This document shows positions 29,119 to 38,771 of a stretch of DNA of 64,000 nt, piece after piece (within the stretch, counting starts at the first letter, position 1; each line of letters opens with the position of its first letter). Location of the stretch: contig JANIHI010000008.1 of the NCBI GenBank assembly GCA_024518585.1, positions 6,989 to 70,988 on the forward strand, in the 5' to 3' direction. Made by a program: the position numbers and the translations under genes. Source of the stretch: Methanolinea sp. Its GTDB lineage: Archaea; Halobacteriota; Methanomicrobia; Methanomicrobiales; Methanospirillaceae. The notes under the pieces are model-generated. The model saw nothing but the letters and a program-made list of their open reading frames with translations. It was not told where the DNA came from and did no database searches.

Positions 29119-29545
29119 TGCCATGCAGGGACAACGATGACGGGAAATGAACACCTTTCAGACGGGATTGTAGGGAGATGCTGGGGATAAAAAACCACAT
29201 GATTCTCTCCGAGATACAAGGATATAGAATGAAGATCGCGGATGCAATCTTCCTAGTAACCGCCTACGGCCGCCGTGCGGCCGGGTATGAATATTACAAA
29301 TAACAAAGCCGTTCTCATGGGGTACGTCCTGTCTATCTGCACACCTCATTCTGCATGGTCGCAGATAGATGGGGTCTCCCCGACTGTTCAGCTGGCCACC
29401 CTCGCCGGCCATTTGCTCCGGGACCTCTTCCCGGCTTGATCGAAGAGAGGACAATGCGTGCGAAATGGCAATTTTAAAGGCGATACCCGTTGAACAAGCC
29501 ATGGAAAGAGATAGGGAAACGAATGGGTCCCCGGGAAAATAAGGA

Positions 29546-31315
29546 ATGAGAGTCCGTCACGGAATCATTTTCATCATCATCTCTGTCACGCTCGTTTCAG
29601 GACTTGTTGTCGTGGCCGGGATGCAGGCGGTGATGTTCCCGGCGATTGAAGCGATAGAAAAACGCGAGGCAGGAGATGCAGTAGCCCGAGTTTTAAAAAT
29701 TATTGAAAGTGATCTCCTGAAACTCAAAGGCACGTGCGATGACTGGGGAAAATGGGATGACACGTATTTTTTCCTGCAGGGAGAAAATCCCGGCTATGTC
29801 GCGAGTAACCTCCTCAACGAGACATTCGAGGCCCTCCAGGTCGACCTGATCCTCTTTTACACGCCCGAGGGTGAGCTCTTCTTTGGAAAAGGGTATGATC
29901 ACACCGGAGGGGTTCCCTTATCAGTCCCGGAAGAGCTTGGTCGCATCCCCCTGGAACCAGGAAAAGTGGAACCAGGAAACGAGAGTAGGGGAGAGGAAAT
30001 GGAGACCGTATCGGGGATCCTTACCCTGCCTAACACGTCCCTCCTCGTCAGTATCGGGCCTGTCCTGCGGAGTGACCGCAGCGGACCGACTGCAGGCTAT
30101 TTTGCGGTCGGCCGGTACCTTGACGATGAGGAGGTCGCACGCCTTGCAGCCCTCTCGTCGACAAACCCACAGTTTGCCATTATCCGGGAAGGGAGGGGGG
30201 AGGGCTCACCATCACGGGTCCAGCCCTCTCCCGGAGAAAGCCCGGTTGGTATCCGCGTCTCTGACGACACAAATTCCCTCATAGCCGAAACGGTGATCAG
30301 GGACATCCATGGATACCCCGCACTCCTTCTCGGGGTTACGATGGAGAGGGCAACATTCCGTATTGCCAGGGACAGCATGGTCTTTTTCCTCATCCTCGTG
30401 GGGACAATTGGCGGGACATTTGTTATCCTTGGTCTCCTTTTCATTGACCGGCGTTTCCTCCGGCGACTATCACACCTCGAGGAGAAAGTCAGCGAAATCA
30501 CCCGGGAACGGGACTTTGGAAAAAAGACTGCCATACAAGGCGATGACGAGATCGCCTCCCTTTCCCGGAGTATCGATACAATGCTTGCCGCCCTCTCCGA
30601 GCATATCGCGAAGGAGACGGCCGAAAGAGAGAAAGCCCGGTTAGCCAACGCCAAGCTCACTCTCCTCTCCCGGATAACGAGGCACGATGTCTTAAACCAG
30701 GTCAGCGTGATCAGGGGCTTTTCCGACCTCCTTGGGGAAAGCATCCCGGAATCGTCAGAAGAGGGCCGTTTCATCGAACGGATAAAAACAGCAGCAAAGA
30801 CGATAGAACGCCAGCTCGCCTTTACAAGGATGTATGAACTCGAGGGTGAAGACACGTCCCTTGAGTGGATAAACGTCCATGACCTCTTCCTTGAGGTTGC
30901 GAGGGGCATGGGCCTCTTTGGAGTAAAGGCTGAGGTGGCATTTGATGACCTCTTTATCCTGTCCGATCGCCTCCTTGGGAAGATCTTCTACACGCTCATT
31001 GACAATTCGCTTGCCCACGGGGAAAAGGTAAGCCGGGTCTCCCTCTCGTTTTATGAAGAAGACGGTTCCTGTGTCCTCGTGTACGAGGACGACGGCGTGG
31101 GGGTTCCCCCGGAGCAGAAGGAACTCATCTTTGAACAGGGTGTAGGGAATCACCTGGGGCTCGGCCTGTTCCTTGCGCGGGGGATCCTGTCTGTTTTTGG
31201 CATTACCATCAGGGAAACTGGGGAATACGGGAGAGGGGCCCGGTTCGAGATGCGCATCCCGTCCCATGCCTACCGGAAAGGATCCCCTGGCAAAACACCC
31301 CCTGGATCTCCCTGA
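29546..31315 (+). CDS. CHASE4-HAMP sensor histidine kinase
   Basis: DWGKWDDTY (CHASE4), GDDEIASL (HAMP), TRHDVLNQ (H-box), and NSLAHG, DDGVG and GLGLFL boxes. Confidence 0.92.
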   Translation: MRVRHGIIFIIISVTLVSGLVVVAGMQAVMFPAIEAIEKREAGDAVARVLKIIESDLLKLKGTCDDWGKWDDTYFFLQGENPGYVASNLLNETFEALQVDLILFYTPEGELFFGKGYDHTGGVPLSVPEELGRIPLEPGKVEPGNESRGEEMETVSGILTLPNTSLLVSIGPVLRSDRSGPTAGYFAVGRYLDDEEVARLAALSSTNPQFAIIREGRGEGSPSRVQPSPGESPVGIRVSDDTNSLIAETVIRDIHGYPALLLGVTMERATFRIARDSMVFFLILVGTIGGTFVILGLLFIDRRFLRRLSHLEEKVSEITRERDFGKKTAIQGDDEIASLSRSIDTMLAALSEHIAKETAEREKARLANAKLTLLSRITRHDVLNQVSVIRGFSDLLGESIPESSEEGRFIERIKTAAKTIERQLAFTRMYELEGEDTSLEWINVHDLFLEVARGMGLFGVKAEVAFDDLFILSDRLLGKIFYTLIDNSLAHGEKVSRVSLSFYEEDGSCVLVYEDDGVGVPPEQKELIFEQGVGNHLGLGLFLARGILSVFGITIRETGEYGRGARFEMRIPSHAYRKGSPGKTPPGSP

Positions 31316-31489
31316 GAGGGAGATGACAGACAATTTTTATCTATCCATCTCCCCGAAAAAACAGAGGGGACGGTTTTTTACCGCCCCGCCCGCGACCATT
31401 CTGATGGTCTCCTTTCCTGTCGATGATGGAACGCAGGACCGTTTTCATGCGGAGGCCGGGTGAACCACGGTGACCGCGCAAGCCTGCCT

Positions 31490-32803
31490 CTACTGCGGTC
31501 CCGGCACATACCAGTCGGGGAGGACAAAGTCAGCCTCTTTCATGTGGTCCGGCCAGACGATCCGTGGCCTTAATTCCTTTGCGGTCTCGTTCCACACCAG
31601 CTGCTCCATGAAGAGGTCGAATTTTGCCTCCCGGTAATCTTCCGAGAATTTAATCACGCCATTTTTCATGGCTTCGACCATCTGGGGCATCTCGAGGGTG
31701 GAAAGCGCCCGTGTGACAGCAGACTTTTCCCTTGTCCCCGCCTTCTCGACGGCGTGCGCGGCAATGTAGACACCCTCGTAGGTCGAGGCGCCCATCATTC
31801 CGGGATACGTTCCCCAGCGTTTATGGAAATTTTCCCGGAACGCAATCATGTCATCTGCAACAGGCCCCTTCGGGACAGCGTAGGGACTGAAACGGGTCTC
31901 GATAACAGAGTATTCCCCGTACTTTCCAAGACCGGCGTAGTAGTCGGGGTCATCGTTGCATTCGACTGCAAGGAAGATTGTATCAAGCCCCACGTCCCGG
32001 CGTGCCTGGGTCACCATCGGGATCTGCTCGTTGAGGAATGCGGCGGGATACACGACATCGGGCCGGGCAGCCTTGACTGACGTGAGCTGGGTCCGGAAGT
32101 CAGTCTCCCCCATCTTGTAGGTCTCCTCTGCCACGATCACGATGGAGAGGTTATTCTTCTCGATTGTATCCTTCACAGCCTTCTGGACACCCTTCCCGTA
32201 GGGGCTGTCCTGGATGATGAGAGCCATGCGCAGGGGCCGGGAATCGGGGTACCCGAACTTTCCGTTGATGGCCTTCCTGATGACATCGTACGCAAAGAGC
32301 GTTGTCTGTTCCCCGTAATCGTCCGTTGTGGGGCAGTAGTGGAACATCGTGCGGGTGTCGATATCGGTCCGCTGGGTGACCGTTGGTGTCGATGCGCCGG
32401 TAATGATGTAGGGGACGCCATACTCGGAGACGGTAGCCTGGTGGGCCGATACAACGGCGCTCGAGAATCCCCCGACGAGGATATCCACGCCATCCTGGGT
32501 GATGAGACGGGATACCGCTTTCTGGCCGCCCTCCCTTGACGACTCGTCGTCTCCCTGGATGAGGGTGATAGGGACCCTTGCGTTTATGTCTTTTATGAAG
32601 ACCCCGCCACGCGCGTTGATCTCATCTGCTGCAATGACTGCCGATTGCCAGATATCCTTTCCCGTCGTGCTCGCGGCTCCCGTCATCGAGGCCACGACAC
32701 CGATCTTGAGTGTCTCCTGTGTCTGCGCTTTCTGCTCGGTGCATCCCGCCGTGAGCGCGAGGACGAGCAGGAGGACCACAACAACATACCCTGGTCTGAC
32801 CAT
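31490..32803 (-). CDS. Branched-chain amino acid (Liv-type) ABC substrate-binding lipoprotein
   Basis: TAGC lipobox-like signal, LKIGVVASMTG, AADEINARGG and GETDFRTQL motifs. Confidence 0.9.
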   Translation of the reverse strand: MVRPGYVVVVLLLVLALTAGCTEQKAQTQETLKIGVVASMTGAASTTGKDIWQSAVIAADEINARGGVFIKDINARVPITLIQGDDESSREGGQKAVSRLITQDGVDILVGGFSSAVVSAHQATVSEYGVPYIITGASTPTVTQRTDIDTRTMFHYCPTTDDYGEQTTLFAYDVIRKAINGKFGYPDSRPLRMALIIQDSPYGKGVQKAVKDTIEKNNLSIVIVAEETYKMGETDFRTQLTSVKAARPDVVYPAAFLNEQIPMVTQARRDVGLDTIFLAVECNDDPDYYAGLGKYGEYSVIETRFSPYAVPKGPVADDMIAFRENFHKRWGTYPGMMGASTYEGVYIAAHAVEKAGTREKSAVTRALSTLEMPQMVEAMKNGVIKFSEDYREAKFDLFMEQLVWNETAKELRPRIVWPDHMKEADFVLPDWYVPGPQ

Positions 32804-32832
32804 GTCTTTCTCCCCTGAAGGATATGTTTAAT

Positions 32833-32871
32833 ATGCTGTATGTTAACATATATCATGCTATTTGTTAACAG
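32833..32871. promoter_or_regulatory. Two copies of an ATGCTRT-N3-WTARCA operator-like motif in the divergent liv promoter
   Basis: ATGCTGTATGTTAACAT at 32833-32849 and ATGCTATTTGTTAACAG at 32855-32871. Confidence 0.55.
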
Positions 32872-32881
32872 GGAGCATGGA

Positions 32882-33610
32882 ATGCTGACAGTCAAAGGTG
32901 TGACCAAGTCGTTCGGGGGCCTCGTCGCCGTTAACCAGGTCAGTCTCTCGCTCAACGAGGGTGAGATCCTGGGACTGGTCGGCCCCAACGGTGCCGGCAA
33001 GACAACACTCCTGAACCTGATATCAGGTATTTACCGCCCCGACGCCGGGGGCATCATCTTCCGCGGTGAGGATATCACCTGTCTCTCCCTCGATGCGGTC
33101 TGCAAGAAGGGGATATCCAAGACATTCCAGCATCCCCGCTCTTTCCCGGCGCTCACCGCCCGTCAGGGCGTGATGATAGGTGCCCTGTACGGGAACGGAC
33201 GCCGCCCCACGGTCAGGGAAGCGTCTGACGAGGCAGAAGAGTGCCTCCGAATGGTCGGTTTTCCCGGGGAGAAGATCGACAGCCCGATTACGAACCTCAA
33301 CACATTCGAGCTCCGCCGCACGCAGCTCGCACGTGCCCTTGCGTCCCATCCCAAAGTCCTCCTCCTCGACGAGCTGACAACCGGTCTTACCCCGAGCGAG
33401 GGGAAAGAAGCTGTATCACTCATCAGGAAACTCCGTGACCAGGGAATGACCATCCTGATGATCGAGCACGTCATGCGGATCATCATGGGGGTCTCCGACA
33501 GGATCGTGGTACTTGACCATGGAGAGAAGATCGCAGAGGGAGAACCCACTGAGATCGTTACCAACGAAAAGGTCATAGATTCATATCTCGGGGAACGCTA
33601 CCATTTCTAA
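32882..33610 (+). CDS. livG: Liv-type ABC ATP-binding protein
   Basis: KSFGGLVAV, GPNGAGKTT, LLLDE and IEHVM motifs. Confidence 0.9.
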   Translation: MLTVKGVTKSFGGLVAVNQVSLSLNEGEILGLVGPNGAGKTTLLNLISGIYRPDAGGIIFRGEDITCLSLDAVCKKGISKTFQHPRSFPALTARQGVMIGALYGNGRRPTVREASDEAEECLRMVGFPGEKIDSPITNLNTFELRRTQLARALASHPKVLLLDELTTGLTPSEGKEAVSLIRKLRDQGMTILMIEHVMRIIMGVSDRIVVLDHGEKIAEGEPTEIVTNEKVIDSYLGERYHF

Positions 33611-33622
33611 TAAGAAAGGACC

Positions 33623-34324
33623 GTGCTCCCCATGCTTCACATAGACGACCTCAGCGTCTCCTACTCCCACCTCCAGGTGTTGTGGGACGTGTCCCTGCAC
33701 GTCGACAGGGGTGAAATCGTCACCCTGATCGGGTCGAACGGTGCGGGCAAGACAACGCTCGTTTCAGCGCTTTTCGGCATCGTCCCGGCATCGAAGGGGA
33801 GGATAGAGTTCGACGGAGAGACAATCAGCGGCCTGGCCCCATACGAGATCGTGAGGCGCGGGCTCTCCCTTGTCCCTGAAAAGAGGGAGCTTTTTCCCCG
33901 GATGACGGTTTTGGAAAACCTGGAGATGGGGGCATTCGCAACCGGCAGGAAGGGTGACCCGGAACGGGTCTTTGAGCTTTTCCCTCACCTTGCAGAACGC
34001 CAGGACCAGGACGCCGGCACGCTTTCCGGGGGAGAACAACAGATGCTCGCGATTGCCCGGTGCCTGATGGCTGACCCGCGGATGATCGTTCTCGATGAAC
34101 CGTCCCTTGGCCTCTCCCCCAAATTGGTTCACACGGTCCTCGGGACAGTGGAACATCTCAACAGGGAAGGCATTACTATCTTCCTCGTGGAGCAGAACGT
34201 GAGAAGGGCGCTTGAAATATCCCACCGCGCCTACGTAATCGAGGCAGGCAGGATAACCCGTTCGGGCCGCTCGTCAGACCTGCTGCACGACGACCAGATC
34301 CGCGAAGCATACCTCGGATTGTGA
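33623..34324 (+). CDS. livF: Liv-type ABC ATP-binding protein
   Basis: GSNGAGKTT, LSGGEQQMLAIAR, DEPSLGL, VEQN and AYLGL motifs. Confidence 0.92.
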   Translation: MLPMLHIDDLSVSYSHLQVLWDVSLHVDRGEIVTLIGSNGAGKTTLVSALFGIVPASKGRIEFDGETISGLAPYEIVRRGLSLVPEKRELFPRMTVLENLEMGAFATGRKGDPERVFELFPHLAERQDQDAGTLSGGEQQMLAIARCLMADPRMIVLDEPSLGLSPKLVHTVLGTVEHLNREGITIFLVEQNVRRALEISHRAYVIEAGRITRSGRSSDLLHDDQIREAYLGL

Positions 34325-34356
34325 AAGGGCCCTCCTGCCTCTTTTCCCCCTGGAAC

Positions 34357-35322
34357 TTATTCTCCTTTTCTCTTCCACCTTTTTTCAATCTCCCCGGGGA
34401 GAGAAACGAGTCCCCGGGGGAGGAAGATGATGATGAGGACGAGGAGGATACCGATGATGATGAACCGCCCGTATGTCAGACCGAGCACGTTGAGCCCGTC
34501 CCAGAGGAGGGTAACGACAATCGTCCCGATAACCGGCCCGGCCAGCGTCCCGAGGCCCCCTGTAATCGAGTAGATGATCGGCCAGAACGAGAGGTCGATC
34601 CCGAAGATCTCGGGGGTGATGTACCCGAAATGGAAGATCTCGAGGCCGCCTGCGATCCCGCTTACGAATGCGGACAGGCCGAATGCAAACAACTTGAACG
34701 GGACGGGGTTGATCCCTGCCGCCCGTGCCTCGGTCTCATTCTCGCGTATTGCCGCGAGTGCAAGACCGATACGGGAACGCAGGAGGAAGTAAAAGAGGAC
34801 GAGGACCAGAACAGCGAGGAGGAGAACCACGTAGTACTCGAGGACAAGGTATCCCGGAATCGAGGTAGGGACGATCTTTGGGACTGCAAAGCCATCCCAT
34901 CCCCCCGTCACGGGTGCGAGCTGGCTCACGACGAGGGTCTGGATGATGACGGCAAAGCCGAACGTCACCATCGCAAGGAACCATTCGCGCAGGCGCACAC
35001 ACGTGATCCCAATGAGAATGCCGATGAAAGCAGAGAACAACCCCCCTAGGACGAGTGTCAGCAGCGGGGGAAGACCGAGGCGGACAGCCGCAAGCGAGGC
35101 TGCATACCCGCCTAGCCCGAGGAATGCCGCATGCCCGAGCGATCCCTGGCCGGAGAAGGTGAGGAAATTCCACGCGGACGAGTAGATGATGAAGATGAGC
35201 ATCAACACGAGGACGGTCAGGAGGTACAGGTTCTGGCCGACGAGGAAGGGAACAATAAGTGCAAGGGCCAGGATAACTGCCGCAAGCAGGTTCCGGGGGG
35301 TTCGCACCTGCGCAAGTCTCAT
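34357..35322 (-). CDS. livM: Liv-type ABC permease
   Basis: GQGSLGHAAF, AIRENE and GGLGTLAGPVIG motifs. Confidence 0.9.
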   Translation of the reverse strand: MRLAQVRTPRNLLAAVILALALIVPFLVGQNLYLLTVLVLMLIFIIYSSAWNFLTFSGQGSLGHAAFLGLGGYAASLAAVRLGLPPLLTLVLGGLFSAFIGILIGITCVRLREWFLAMVTFGFAVIIQTLVVSQLAPVTGGWDGFAVPKIVPTSIPGYLVLEYYVVLLLAVLVLVLFYFLLRSRIGLALAAIRENETEARAAGINPVPFKLFAFGLSAFVSGIAGGLEIFHFGYITPEIFGIDLSFWPIIYSITGGLGTLAGPVIGTIVVTLLWDGLNVLGLTYGRFIIIGILLVLIIIFLPRGLVSLPGEIEKRWKRKGE

Positions 35323-36200
35323 TCCCCTTCCTCCCCAAAGAGCCCGGTCGGCTTAACGAGGAGGACAACGATCAGGAGGATGAACGAGATCGCGTCCTTC
35401 CACGACCCTCCAAGGAAAAATGCAGTGAAGTTCTCGACCATCCCGATAGCAAGACCCCCGATGATTGCCCCCGGTATGCTCCCGAGGCCGCCGAGGATGA
35501 TGATTGCAAACCCCTTGATGGCCGGCACCGATCCCATGTAGGGATTAAAGACCTGGCCGCTCACGGCCCAGAGGGTCCCGGCTGCCCCGGCGAGTCCTGC
35601 ACCGATCCCGAAGGTGAGCATGTCCATCCGCTCGACGTTTATCCCCATCAGCATCGCGCCTTTCCTGTTCTGGCTTGATGCCCGGATGGCCTTTCCCGTG
35701 GTTGTCCTGTTGAGGAAGACAGAGAGGCAGACGAGGATAATCGCAGTAACGGCCACGATAATGATGTAGTCAAGGGGCAGCTGGATGGGGCCGACCGCTA
35801 TGGTCAGGTCCGCAAAGGGACTTTTCATGGAGCGCCACTCGTCGGTGAAGACCATTGCAACGCCGTTCTGGAAGATATAGATCAGTCCGAGGCTGATGAA
35901 TATCTCGTTCAGCTTTCCCGTCCCGAGGATCGGCCGGAAGCAAAGACGTTCCACGATGATACCAGCCCCGATCAGGATGGGGATTGACAGGAAAAGGAGG
36001 AGGTAGGGGTTGAAACCACTGAGTACGAAGAAGAAGAACGTGATATACGTCCCGAGCATCAGGAACTCGCCGTGGGCAAAGTTGACGACCTTCATGACGC
36101 CGAAGATCAGGTTGAGACCGGTGGCCAGCAGGATGTAGATACACCCCGAGTAGAGCCCCCAGAATGCGACCTGGCCGAGTACTGCGATGCCACCATCCAT
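35319..36200 (-). CDS. livH: Liv-type ABC permease
   Basis: GLNLIFGVMKVVNFAHGE, GKAIRA, GGLGSIPGA and KPTGLFG motifs. Confidence 0.92.
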   Translation of the reverse strand: MDGGIAVLGQVAFWGLYSGCIYILLATGLNLIFGVMKVVNFAHGEFLMLGTYITFFFFVLSGFNPYLLLFLSIPILIGAGIIVERLCFRPILGTGKLNEIFISLGLIYIFQNGVAMVFTDEWRSMKSPFADLTIAVGPIQLPLDYIIIVAVTAIILVCLSVFLNRTTTGKAIRASSQNRKGAMLMGINVERMDMLTFGIGAGLAGAAGTLWAVSGQVFNPYMGSVPAIKGFAIIILGGLGSIPGAIIGGLAIGMVENFTAFFLGGSWKDAISFILLIVVLLVKPTGLFGEEGE

Positions 36201-36234
36201 CCTGTACTACCTCACCCTGCCTTAAAATAAAGAT

Positions 36235-37560
36235 TCAGGGAGATCCCGGGGTATACCAGTCCGGAATGGAAAAGTCCCCCGCTTTGAGGTTTCCGGGCCA
36301 GACGATTACCGGCCGTGGCTCTCCCAGTTTCTGGTCCATGGCGAGCTGGACAACGTACAGGTCAAACTTGCTCTCCCGGTAGTCCGGGGAAAAGGTGATA
36401 GTCCCATTCTTCATGATCTCCATCATCTGGGGCACCCGTATTGTGGCAAGAGCATCCCTGATCTTTGCCCGGTCAAGGCTGCCTGCCTGCTCGATGGCGG
36501 CAGCAGCAATATAGACCGATTCGTACGTTGCTGCACCCATCATTCCTGCAAATCCACCGTACTTCCTGTCAAAGTCAGAGAGGAACTTCCGGGTTGCTGC
36601 CTCCGTGGACCCTGCAGGGACCGCGTAGGGAGAGAACCTGCTCTCCATGACCATGCCGTCACCGTACATGCCGACGCCACTGTAGTAATCGGGGTCGTCG
36701 TTGTTCTCGATCGCCATGATCACGGTGTTGAGGCCGACGTCCCGCCTGGCCTGCTGGGTCATGGGGACGAGTTCGTTTAAGAACGTGACCGCGTAGATGA
36801 CGTCAGGGTTCTTTGATTTGACCGATGTAAGGACAGTCCTGAAGTCGGATTCACCCATCTTGAAAGGTTCTTCTGCCACGACCTCGATCGGGAGGTTCTT
36901 CGTCGCAATCAGAGATTTCACTGCGTCGAGCTGGCCCTTCCCAAACGGGCTGTCCTGGTAGATGACAGCGACGCGGAGTTTCCGCCCATCGGAAAACCCG
37001 AACTTTGCGTTGATTGCCGGCCGGAAGACCTCTGTCAGGAACTGGATGCTCGCCTCGGCAGAATCATCCGTGTTTGGCCTGTGGAAGAACATGTAACTTG
37101 TATCGAGATCCTTCCGCCGGGAGACCGCGCTGCTGGACGCGCCCGAGATGATGTACGGCACCTTGTTGTCGGCAACGATCGACTGGTGCGCGGAGACGAC
37201 TGCACTCGAGTACCCTCCCACGAGGACATGGACCTGGTCCTGCGTGATCAGTTTCGTGACCGCCTTCATACCCCCTTCGCGCGTTGATTCGTCGTCCCCC
37301 TGGACCAGGCGGACAGGCAGGGAACGCCCAAGCTCCCTGACGGGGACGCCCCCTTTGGCATTGATCTCGTCGGCAGCAAGTTCTGCAGACTGCCAGATGT
37401 CCTTTCCGGTTGTGCTGGCAGGTCCCGTCAGGGAGGCGACCACTCCGATTTTTATCTCCGAGGGTCCTGTTGCAGCAGGCGCCTGCGTACAGCCGGACAT
37501 GAGGACCAGTGCGATCAGGAGCAATCCCAGTATCGTATAAATGATGCAATCGTGTCTCAT
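36235..37560 (-). CDS. Second Liv-type ABC substrate-binding lipoprotein
   Basis: MSGC lipobox-like signal. It is a paralog of 31490..32803 (STTGKDIWQSA, ARRDVGL, NDDPDYY). Confidence 0.9.
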   Translation of the reverse strand: MRHDCIIYTILGLLLIALVLMSGCTQAPAATGPSEIKIGVVASLTGPASTTGKDIWQSAELAADEINAKGGVPVRELGRSLPVRLVQGDDESTREGGMKAVTKLITQDQVHVLVGGYSSAVVSAHQSIVADNKVPYIISGASSSAVSRRKDLDTSYMFFHRPNTDDSAEASIQFLTEVFRPAINAKFGFSDGRKLRVAVIYQDSPFGKGQLDAVKSLIATKNLPIEVVAEEPFKMGESDFRTVLTSVKSKNPDVIYAVTFLNELVPMTQQARRDVGLNTVIMAIENNDDPDYYSGVGMYGDGMVMESRFSPYAVPAGSTEAATRKFLSDFDRKYGGFAGMMGAATYESVYIAAAAIEQAGSLDRAKIRDALATIRVPQMMEIMKNGTITFSPDYRESKFDLYVVQLAMDQKLGEPRPVIVWPGNLKAGDFSIPDWYTPGSP

Positions 37561-37570
37561 GGAAAATCAC

Positions 37571-37589
37571 CATGCTATGATATAGCATG
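37571..37589. promoter_or_regulatory. CATGCTAT-GAT-ATAGCATG palindrome upstream of the second SBP
   Basis: Perfect 8-bp inverted repeat 10 nt from the start codon. It matches the 32833/32855 motifs. Confidence 0.6.
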
Positions 37590-37708
37590 ACATAGAAAGA
37601 ACTGGGATGAAAAAGTTTATAGGATTTTTGTTTTTTCCCTGCGGGACATGAAGGCAGGGTAAATTGACCAGAGAGGGAAGGGCGTAATTCCTCGGGAAAA
37701 ATCCCCGG

Positions 37709-37990
37709 TCACACCGTCTCTTTTTCCGCCTCTGTCACCGTCCCGGGGTGGGACTTTTCACGGGCATGAAACTCATTTAACTGTTGCACGGAGGCAGTAT
37801 ACGCGGTATCGAGGGCCTTCTCGTTGAACTCGCGTTCTTCGGGAGGGAGGCTCTTCACTGCACTGTACCCCATCCTGCGGTACGAGTCCAGGCTCTTTTG
37901 GGTTGACTCGATCGTCGAGCGTGTCTGGATATGTCTCTTGATGATCTTCGGGAATGTCTCCTCGATGATCAACCTGACCTTTGGGTTCAT
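37709..37990 (-). CDS. Small hypothetical protein
   Basis: MNPKVRLIIEETFPKIIKRH..., helical and charged, filling an intergenic gap. Confidence 0.6.
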   Translation of the reverse strand: MNPKVRLIIEETFPKIIKRHIQTRSTIESTQKSLDSYRRMGYSAVKSLPPEEREFNEKALDTAYTASVQQLNEFHAREKSHPGTVTEAEKETV

Positions 37991-38149
37991 TTTTTCATGC
38001 AACCAGGAATCTGTTCCGTCCAGTTTCCCCCGCCTCGGAGATAAACTTCACCTTCCGGGAAGGAGGACAGCCGCCCATTCGTCCCTTTCGACCCTTCCGA
38101 AAGAGCCCAGAGCCAAAGAATTCATGGGAATTGCGGCGGCCCCCGGAGA

Positions 38150-38716
38150 TTATCCTATCGGGGGGAGCCAGGTCTTTGCCATTGTCTGAACGAGGGTATA
38201 GGTCGCCGAGACCGAGGGGGTCAGGGATGCGGCCTCTTCCATGGCGAGGATGATGATCCGCAGGGCATCGGCAGGAGTGCCCCCCGTCTCCTTCCAGTGG
38301 GAACGTATGCAGCGGTGTGCAATATCCTGTGTCGTCCTGTTCCCAAGGACGATGAAACGGCTTGCACATCCCCGGGCGACCTCCTTTTTCCTGCCATCCA
38401 GCACCTCCGTGATCACGAAGTGACCGCAGGAGACATGCAGCTTCCGTGAGCGCGCGGAGAGCCCATCCCTCTCGCTTACCTGTCCGATGAGAATTCCCTC
38501 CTCCTCCCAGGCCTTGCACCTGTCATCATGGATCCAGAGTTCGATCCCAAGTTCACGGGCCCGCTCATGGAGCGCCTCTTTGCTCTTTATCCGTCCGGAA
38601 TAGAGTTCATCTTCCAGGGTCCTCGTGCACAGGTCGTCTCCCCGAAAGCAGATCTCTCTCCTGTCCCCGGCCATAAAAGAGCGATCTTTCCCGCAGAATG
38701 CAATGACAAGGCTCAT
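38150..38716 (-). CDS. DUF2121 / MJ0548 connectase-family protein (proteasome-beta-like NTN fold)
   Basis: MSLVIAFCG...MAGDRREICF, ELYSGRIK, GILIGQV, LGN and TPSVS motifs. Confidence 0.8.
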   Translation of the reverse strand: MSLVIAFCGKDRSFMAGDRREICFRGDDLCTRTLEDELYSGRIKSKEALHERARELGIELWIHDDRCKAWEEEGILIGQVSERDGLSARSRKLHVSCGHFVITEVLDGRKKEVARGCASRFIVLGNRTTQDIAHRCIRSHWKETGGTPADALRIIILAMEEAASLTPSVSATYTLVQTMAKTWLPPIG

Positions 38717-38771
38717 GGGAACACCCCTGCAGCAGGGACATGGGGGACGAAGGATATAAAAGATCCGTTCA

